From IMG/VR virus record IMGVR_UViG_3300002030_000016: 20,000 nucleotides of DNA; one strand, 5' to 3'. Source of the stretch: an uncultured virus (IMG/VR IMGVR_UViG_3300002030_000016). Taxonomy: Duplodnaviria > Heunggongvirae > Uroviricota > Caudoviricetes. This document shows, piece by piece, positions 8,408-14,669 of the stretch. Every line of letters begins with the position of its first letter. Position 1 is the stretch's first letter. The position numbers and the translations under genes were made by a program. Under the pieces are notes generated by a model, which was not told where the DNA came from, made no database searches, and was given only the letters and a program-made list of their open reading frames with translations.

Positions 8408-9337
8408 TTACACTCCATCCACGTACCGCATCGACGCTTCCCGGCGCAGGTCGAAGCCACCTACGCGGAAGATGCCGGGGCGGTGATAGGTCAGCGGGCC
8501 GGTACGCATCGGCACGACGAAACGGTGTTCCATCGGGATGTGCATCTTCGCCTTCCGGGGGTCTTTGGAGTAGATCACCATCCGGTCAGTGGACCCGGCA
8601 CCTTTGCCCTGCAACTGCGAAATCGCCATGATTTCGATGTTGCGACCCGTGCGGGTCGTGGTGGCGTTGGTGCGCTTCACGAAGTCCAGCACAGTTTCAG
8701 TCGTGTACTGGTTGAACTGCGTTTCAGCCAACTTATCAAACTGTGCCGTAGGCAGCAGGATGTAGTTTGGCAGTTCACGTTCCTTCGTCGCATCAACGAT
8801 GGCAGCGATTGGCGTTTGAACCAATGCGACCATCTGTTCAGCAGTCGAAGAAGCGATGGTCTGGGTCGCGGTGCTGCGCGTGACGTTCGGGTGGTCCAGA
8901 AGACCGTGGAAGCCCTTGGTCGCATCACCTTCGTAGCAGACCTTTTGCATGAACCGTTCGGATTCTTCGATAGCGCCGTTGATCCCTTCGTTCATGATGT
9001 TGACGCCAAGACGTGCGCCGTTGTGCGTCGTCTCGATGTCGTAGTTGTAGCCAATGGCCGCCATGTGGATTGGCTGCGTGTGACGGTCCATTTCCATCGA
9101 CACGACCGGCACTTCGTTCGCTTGGGCGTTATACCATTCGGCATTGCCTGCGCGTGCGATTGACCGATATTCGACCGTGCGTGCCCAATCGTCGGCGCTG
9201 TTGTCAACGTCAACAAGTTGGCGGAAACGGATGTCTTCCAGCAACGTCTGCTCATACACTTCACGTTCGAAGTGCGTGAGTTCCGGCACTGAGAATTCCA
9301 GCGCCTGCTGGTCCGTCAGCGTTTCGATATTGTACAT
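8408..9337 (-). CDS. Major capsid protein (DUF2184 family, HK97 fold), 309 aa
   Basis: YEGDATKGFHGLLDHPNV, TVLDFVKRTN, GAGSTDRMVIYSKDP and terminal MRYVDGV motifs; follows the DUF2213 and decoration genes. Confidence 0.92.
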   Translation of the reverse strand: MYNIETLTDQQALEFSVPELTHFEREVYEQTLLEDIRFRQLVDVDNSADDWARTVEYRSIARAGNAEWYNAQANEVPVVSMEMDRHTQPIHMAAIGYNYDIETTHNGARLGVNIMNEGINGAIEESERFMQKVCYEGDATKGFHGLLDHPNVTRSTATQTIASSTAEQMVALVQTPIAAIVDATKERELPNYILLPTAQFDKLAETQFNQYTTETVLDFVKRTNATTTRTGRNIEIMAISQLQGKGAGSTDRMVIYSKDPRKAKMHIPMEHRFVVPMRTGPLTYHRPGIFRVGGFDLRREASMRYVDGV

Positions 9338-9355
9338 CTGGGGTTCTTCCCTTCC

Positions 9356-9814
9356 TTACTTGAGACGCAGCTTGGCGACTTGGCCAGACGCTGCACTCGA
9401 TTCCCAGACGCCATTGGCGACCAGATCAGTTGTGGCGTCATCGGTCGTACCGAAAGCGCCGGTGGTGAAGTTGAACGCAACCGGGTCGCGGTAGGCCACA
9501 GCCTCCGAAACCGTCACGTAGACGCAGCCCCGATACAGGACCAGCGCGTTATCGCCTGCGACATACTGGTCTTCACCGTTGCCAACAGGGATGTTCTTGT
9601 CCACGCAGGCAACGCCCACGAAGTCTTGGCCCGTAGCCGTGGGCAGCTTGGCGGTTTGGTCCGCCGTGCCAGCGACCACTGCAACGCCAAACGCCACCGC
9701 ACCAGAGCCGGTTTCGATGACGCGCGTTGAACGGTCGTTGGGTTCGCCAGTGGCGATGTTGCCGGGAAGCCCAATTGGGGTTTCATCGGTGTAGGTTGTT
9801 GGAACGCCGCCCAT
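9356..9814 (-). CDS. Capsid decoration/cement protein, 152 aa
   Basis: AVAFGVAVVAG...DFVGVA...YVAGD..VLYRGCVYV pattern; lies between the protease and capsid genes. Confidence 0.8.
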   Translation of the reverse strand: MGGVPTTYTDETPIGLPGNIATGEPNDRSTRVIETGSGAVAFGVAVVAGTADQTAKLPTATGQDFVGVACVDKNIPVGNGEDQYVAGDNALVLYRGCVYVTVSEAVAYRDPVAFNFTTGAFGTTDDATTDLVANGVWESSAASGQVAKLRLK

Positions 9815-10399
9815 TTATTGAGCCTCCTTCTGACCAGCCTGACGGGCGCGGAAACCTGCAGCAGCATCAGCCACCGTGGTTTTCTTCACACCATCGCCGG
9901 TGGCGATTGCGGAACGGATAGGATCGCCAGACGCGGCACCGCCACCAACGTCTGCAGTGTCGAAGGTCGCTTCATAAGCGCCCCGGATGAAGGCCGCATC
10001 GCGGTCTTTCACGAAGTCTTCGCCGCGCTTGTCGGACAGCGCCTTTGACATACCGGCAAGGATTTCCTTGTCGATGGTTTCGGTGTCTTTGCCGGTCCAT
10101 TCGTAGGAATCGCCAAGGACAGAACGGGCTTCATCCGCTTTGGCCAGCTTCGCCGTGACGGCATCGTCCAGCTTTGCAGCATCAGCAGCATCAGCTTTCA
10201 GGACTTCGATTTCGCCGTCTTTCTTCGAAATCTCCTCCTTCAGCTTCTCTTCGTCTTCGCCAGCCTTTTTCTTGGCATCGACCAATGCTTGGTCAGCCGC
10301 TGCCAGTTGGGCTTTCAGGTCTTCAATGACAGGTGCGGCTGCATCATTCGCAGCAACAACCTTATCGCCAACGACCACGTTGGTCAGTGATCCACTCAT
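9815..10399 (-). CDS. Putative nested in-frame scaffolding protein, 194 aa
   Basis: Internal ATG at 10399 preceded by GAGGA, just after the protease domain. Confidence 0.55.
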   Translation of the reverse strand: MSGSLTNVVVGDKVVAANDAAAPVIEDLKAQLAAADQALVDAKKKAGEDEEKLKEEISKKDGEIEVLKADAADAAKLDDAVTAKLAKADEARSVLGDSYEWTGKDTETIDKEILAGMSKALSDKRGEDFVKDRDAAFIRGAYEATFDTADVGGGAASGDPIRSAIATGDGVKKTTVADAAAGFRARQAGQKEAQ

Positions 10400-11653
10400 A
10401 GTGTCGTCCTCTTGGTTTGAAGTGTCGATAATGGGGGTTGCGCCCCAAGGTGCAGGACTGACGGAATCGCCAATCTTGCACAGGTGCCCAGCGCGTCCAC
10501 GCTCGACAATGGCGATGTGGTTGACGCGAATATCGCGCTGCACCGCATCGTAAGTTTCACCATCAGCGGTAGTGCCGGGGGTGAAATCCAGCTTGCAGTC
10601 GTATCCGACTGAAAGTTCTCTTGTTCCCGCTTGTACCAGTTCGATTGCGGCACGATCTTTCAAGATCAGCGGGATGTTGATGACATCCAGAACGCCGTTC
10701 GTCTTCTTCGTGACGGCTGTGGATGCTTCACCAACGGAAAGGTCTTTGTAGTTGTCAGGCGTCACACCCAGCGGGGGATGATCGATGGTGACAGTCGCGT
10801 GGCTGTAGGTCCGCAAGGAATCGGTCGCGAAGACTTCATCAGCAGGCCGGTAGACCTTGACCGTCTTTTCGCTGCCATCAGCGTTCTTGTGGTCCTTGAT
10901 CCCCACTTCCTTCGCCAGATAGATTTGGATTCCCGTGCGGGCCACATTGGCTTCAGCAACCATCGACCCATCGCCAATGATCTTGGTTCCGGCAAGGTCT
11001 GACAGGAACCGAGCGCGGTCTTCGTGAAGGCTTTCACGGTAGTCATCGTCCAGTTCTTCGAACTTCTCTGGACCCAGCTTGATTTCGCCTTGGAAGGGTT
11101 CGATCTTGTCCAGATCAACATCGCCCAGATCATAGGTGATCGTGACGTGGGGCGTGTAAGGCGTGTGCGAGTGCTTGGCCCCATTCCAGACCATATCTTC
11201 ATTGCGCCACTGCAGATCGTGGTTCGTGAACAGCAGGACCACTGCTTCCCCGAATTTTTCCATCAGGCGGGGACCGCCTTTGGGGATGTCCAGTTCGCTT
11301 TGCCACGGGGCACCCATCTTCATCCAATCCACAGCCTTCTGCGAATACATGATGGTGACGTGCATGTCGTCCGGCTGCAGGGTGGTCTTGAAGCCCTGTT
11401 CCTTGGCCCATGCTTGGATTTCAGCACCGTTCAGGACCGGGCGATGGACGTACAAAGTGCGGGGCGCTGCGTCCGTCGCTCTGGCATCCCGTGCGCTTTG
11501 GCTAATCTTCTCCGCTTCAGCGCGGAAGGCATCGCGACCGGCGCTGTCTTTATCCAGCATCCTTCCGTAGAAAACAGCGCCGCCGTTCTTGTCAATCGAC
11601 CAGCCCTTGCCGGTCACTGGGTCGAAATCACCAGACTGAATGGTTCCGGTCAT
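9815..11653 (-). CDS. Multidomain head protein: Acb1-like 2H phosphodiesterase + DUF2213 prohead protease + scaffold-like tail, about 612 aa
   Basis: Preferred start 11653 (AAAGGA, 7 nt, ATG). DUF2213 motifs VARTGIQIY, VYRPADEVF, TIDHP, RELSVGY, NHIAIVERGRAG at about 10463-10984. Two HVT motifs upstream; acidic coiled-coil C-terminus. Confidence 0.9.
   Translation of the reverse strand: MTGTIQSGDFDPVTGKGWSIDKNGGAVFYGRMLDKDSAGRDAFRAEAEKISQSARDARATDAAPRTLYVHRPVLNGAEIQAWAKEQGFKTTLQPDDMHVTIMYSQKAVDWMKMGAPWQSELDIPKGGPRLMEKFGEAVVLLFTNHDLQWRNEDMVWNGAKHSHTPYTPHVTITYDLGDVDLDKIEPFQGEIKLGPEKFEELDDDYRESLHEDRARFLSDLAGTKIIGDGSMVAEANVARTGIQIYLAKEVGIKDHKNADGSEKTVKVYRPADEVFATDSLRTYSHATVTIDHPPLGVTPDNYKDLSVGEASTAVTKKTNGVLDVINIPLILKDRAAIELVQAGTRELSVGYDCKLDFTPGTTADGETYDAVQRDIRVNHIAIVERGRAGHLCKIGDSVSPAPWGATPIIDTSNQEDDTMSGSLTNVVVGDKVVAANDAAAPVIEDLKAQLAAADQALVDAKKKAGEDEEKLKEEISKKDGEIEVLKADAADAAKLDDAVTAKLAKADEARSVLGDSYEWTGKDTETIDKEILAGMSKALSDKRGEDFVKDRDAAFIRGAYEATFDTADVGGGAASGDPIRSAIATGDGVKKTTVADAAAGFRARQAGQKEAQ
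11039..11467 (-). other. acb1: Acb1-like (T4 57B-type) 2H phosphoesterase domain within the protease ORF
   Basis: DDMHVTIMYS (HVT at 11354-11362) and GAKHSHTPYTPHVTITY (HVT at 11141-11149), 71 residues apart, matching the Acb1 pattern HxTxxYS ... GAxHxxxxYTPHxTxxY. Confidence 0.8.
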
Positions 11654-11671
11654 GTTGGGTTCCTTTCCCAT

Positions 11672-11881
11672 CGAAGGGGGTCATGTTTTTTGCCCCCTGA
11701 CATTTCAGGTGACAGTCAAATCAAGTTTTCAGGGACATCCCCGGCGAAAACTAAAGTTTTGGCTTCCACTCTTGGTGGTCCGCTGGGCTGGGACACCCAC
11801 CGCCTGTGCGCCACTTCAGGTTTTGAGTGACCATGTTCATTTTTTCGACCAACTTAGCGGTCAAGAAAATGAAGTGGGTCA
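11672..11881 (-). promoter_or_regulatory. Structured intergenic leader of the head genes
   Basis: Inverted repeats at about 11828-11881, 11724-11752 and 11675-11698. Confidence 0.4.
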
Positions 11882-12178
11882 GGTCTGCTTCCATTCGTTG
11901 AAGACCGGCAACGGCTGATCTTCGGTTCCTTTGGTCAAGACCACGCGCCAGTATCTGGTGCCGGTCCAGTCCGCATCGATGATGGGGAAATAGGCCGCTG
12001 GGTCGAAGCCCCGCCGTTCCCCCGTCAATGTTTCAACCAGCGTTTCCCCTTGAGGGTCGCTGTAGATGGCAATCGACGCTGCAGTGACGTTCGCCAAATC
12101 GCGGGCATTGTTCGAATTGATGACCAGCCGGATAGCTGTTTCATCACCGGACGCCCGACTGATCTTGATTGGTCGCAT
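11879..12178 (-). CDS. Small beta-sandwich protein, possibly a BppU-N-like adaptor, 99 aa
   Basis: GDETAIRLVI...DLANVTAASIAIY...DADWTGTRYWRVVLTKG strand pattern; starts 2 nt after the upstream stop. Confidence 0.55.
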   Translation of the reverse strand: MRPIKISRASGDETAIRLVINSNNARDLANVTAASIAIYSDPQGETLVETLTGERRGFDPAAYFPIIDADWTGTRYWRVVLTKGTEDQPLPVFNEWKQT

Positions 12179-12180
12179 GG

Positions 12181-12882
12181 TCAGTCCGCCCTTATAATGA
12201 TTGGGGTTTCGTCAAACGAAACCGTTGGATCACCAAGCAACGCGATGGCGAAATCAGTGTCCTGCACCGTTGTCTGGATGGTGGGTGGTTCTTCAAAGAA
12301 CACCCGGATTTCAGCGGGTTCTTCCATGACAAGTTCGATGTCCTGTGCATGGAAGCACCCGTCGCCACCTTCAGCCGCCTGACGAAGCAGTTCTTCCTGT
12401 TCGTCAGACAGCCCCCCACCGCCGCCCCCGGCGTCGTCTTGCCTCAGAACCTGCAGGCTATCGGCAAACTGGATACGTGGCGAAACGCCTTGCGACGTGA
12501 CGCGGCTGGTATCGAAATCCACACCATCTTCGTTGGGATAGATGTTCCCGATGATGACAGTCCGGTGTGGATAGTTTGCTGGGACGAAAGACCACTGGTT
12601 CGTCCAGCGAAGATCGAACGTCGCGTAAACTTCATCCCCGTTCTGGTCCAGCCCGCGAAAGGCACCGCCGGACTTTGACATGGCCAGCGTGGCCCACTTG
12701 TTGGTGGCGTGCCAGTCCACCCACCGTGACCACAGTTCAGTGGTCGAAAAAGACGTGTCCGCTTCAGGCGATGGACCCGGTGTGTAAATCCGGTATCCAT
12801 CGCCATCCGTGGTGAACGATCCACCGTCCGGCACTTCGTAAACGCGCCGCCGGTCCCCGTCGAAGTGAAGGCTTGCCGCCAT
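12181..12882 (-). CDS. Putative virion structural protein, 233 aa
   Basis: FDGDRR..., ELWSRWVDW...GG...TNQWSFVP...IIGNIY domain, Gly linker, acidic strand-like tail. Confidence 0.65.
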   Translation of the reverse strand: MAASLHFDGDRRRVYEVPDGGSFTTDGDGYRIYTPGPSPEADTSFSTTELWSRWVDWHATNKWATLAMSKSGGAFRGLDQNGDEVYATFDLRWTNQWSFVPANYPHRTVIIGNIYPNEDGVDFDTSRVTSQGVSPRIQFADSLQVLRQDDAGGGGGGLSDEQEELLRQAAEGGDGCFHAQDIELVMEEPAEIRVFFEEPPTIQTTVQDTDFAIALLGDPTVSFDETPIIIRAD

Positions 12883-12885
12883 CTG

Positions 12886-14490
12886 CTAGGACGCAGAATA
12901 GGACGGGTCAGCCTGTGCAGCGATGACTTGGGTTTGGTTCGCTGCAGCCATCGTGAACGCCGCGTTGTCCGGTTCAATCGCACCGGGCTTGTTCCACGTC
13001 AGGCGAAGCGGAAGTGGCGTGTTGGGCGTGTGGCTATCCACGTTGTAGGTGGAATAGGCGATGACGATGCTGTTGGTCGCTGCCACCGCGATGTCCTGCT
13101 GATCAGAACCCGATTCATCCTGCAGATACGTTGGCGCTGATGCGCCGAAAGTGTCTTCGTGGATAATCGAGAACGTCCCGCCTTGCGCCAGTGTTGGTGC
13201 CGTAACGGTCAGCGTAAAGATAGCAGGCCAACTTTGGACCGCGCCACTCAGATCAGCCAAGTTCAAGTTGTTCCGCTGGGCGCTGTCGTAGTTCTCAAGG
13301 TAGTAGCCGTCCAGCGTCAGAAGGTCGCCAGAGAACGCGGAAATTGGCGGGGTCTTGTCACCCCTGATCTGTGGACCAGTGCCATCATCGTTGATGTTTA
13401 CCGGCTGGCGAAGCTGATAGTGCAGCTTGGTGTGAACATCATCGTTGGTCTGGGTGTCAGCATCCACAAAACCCGTGAAGCTGTAGAGCGTGCCATTCAC
13501 ATCGCCATCAAACAGGGAATCGGCATCCACGTTGATGTCGATGCCAGCATAGATGCCGCCTGCTGCGACCGTGGCGTCAGACACAAGCTGCGCGCCAGTA
13601 CCCGGATCAGCCAACTTCGGATCAATCGCGTTGTTCGATGCGACTGGGTAAATCTCAGCATATTCGACCGAAACAGTTTCCTGCAGGTGCGTCTTGCCGG
13701 GTTCAAGGCAACGGAACGTCCAGTCACCCACGTTGTTGACCGCGTTGTCCGTATCGACCAGCAGAACCAACTGATTGATAAAGCCTTGGGTCACAGCCGC
13801 CGTGGGGGCGTCCATAGCCGCGTCCGTTGATGGCCAGAAGTAGAATTGGTCAGTTGCCGCGTTCAGCGGGTTAGAGCGAGCGCAGAAGTAGACCCGGCGG
13901 GCCGCTGACGTGGCGCTGTCCCTGATTTCCATCGCCATGTCGCGAAGGGCGTTCAGGGTGTCCGTGTCGTGCGGTTCCCAGCCGTTCAGGCAGGCGAGCG
14001 ACTTAGCCCGTGGTTCAATCGACGTGAACATCTTGTCGTAGATGTCCAGATCACCAGTATCCCACTGGTCAACGACTGCAGAAGCCCATGTGATCGCGCC
14101 AACACCGTCGATGAACGACAGGGCACCGGCTTCAAGAAACTGGAAGGTCTTTTTGAACGCCGTGATGTTGATGTCCGCCCCAGCCGCTTCAGTGACTGGC
14201 GAACCGGTCAGGGTCGTGAACGTGACTGCGTTGGCTGTGACCGCTGTGACCGTGACCGTGACGCCTTCATTCGCGCCGTTGGCCGCGTTCGAAATCTTGA
14301 TCACATCGTCAACTTCGATGGGACGCTTCACGATACCGCTGACTTCGGAACTGGCAGTGAAATCCGTGGTCGTTGACGTGATCTGGGTTCCTGCTGCATC
14401 GACAGCGATGTCTGTTCCTTGGAAGTCAACCACATGGAATTTGTAGTTGGTGCCAAGGGTTAGGTCTGCTTTTGCTGTAATTTTTGGCAT
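12886..14490 (-). CDS. Putative virion appendage/structural protein, 534 aa
   Basis: Thr/Ala/Asp-rich beta protein in the structural operon; ends AQADPSYSAS. Confidence 0.7.
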   Translation of the reverse strand: MPKITAKADLTLGTNYKFHVVDFQGTDIAVDAAGTQITSTTTDFTASSEVSGIVKRPIEVDDVIKISNAANGANEGVTVTVTAVTANAVTFTTLTGSPVTEAAGADINITAFKKTFQFLEAGALSFIDGVGAITWASAVVDQWDTGDLDIYDKMFTSIEPRAKSLACLNGWEPHDTDTLNALRDMAMEIRDSATSAARRVYFCARSNPLNAATDQFYFWPSTDAAMDAPTAAVTQGFINQLVLLVDTDNAVNNVGDWTFRCLEPGKTHLQETVSVEYAEIYPVASNNAIDPKLADPGTGAQLVSDATVAAGGIYAGIDINVDADSLFDGDVNGTLYSFTGFVDADTQTNDDVHTKLHYQLRQPVNINDDGTGPQIRGDKTPPISAFSGDLLTLDGYYLENYDSAQRNNLNLADLSGAVQSWPAIFTLTVTAPTLAQGGTFSIIHEDTFGASAPTYLQDESGSDQQDIAVAATNSIVIAYSTYNVDSHTPNTPLPLRLTWNKPGAIEPDNAAFTMAAANQTQVIAAQADPSYSAS

Positions 14491-14496
14491 GTCTCG

Positions 14497-14658
14497 TTAT
14501 CCCTTCACGCGCTTCAGCGCGCCGCCTTCGCCGGTTTCAAACGCAGCGGAAGTCCGCTTCCCGTCTTCGGTGTAGAGACAGCCACCTTTCAGGGTGAACG
14601 TCCCTTTGCTGTTCTTGTATTTGACGCCCTTGACGCCCTTCTTTTCATCCTTCGGCAT
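14497..14658 (-). CDS. Small basic protein, 53 aa (absent from ORF track)
   Basis: RBS TAGGAGG. MPKDEKKGVKGVKYKNSKGTFTLKGGCLYTEDGKRTSAAFETGEGGALKRVKG* exactly fills the gap between two large genes. Confidence 0.8.
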   Translation of the reverse strand: MPKDEKKGVKGVKYKNSKGTFTLKGGCLYTEDGKRTSAAFETGEGGALKRVKG

Positions 14659-14669
14659 GTGCCAACCTC

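Noticed and set aside
11751..11840. 29-codon minus-strand ORF in the head-gene leader
   Set aside because: No RBS and no supporting features; it lies within inverted repeats.
14210..14265. Short GTGACC-type tandem repeats
   Set aside because: They simply encode VTVTVTAVTANAVT; not a CRISPR array or regulatory repeat.
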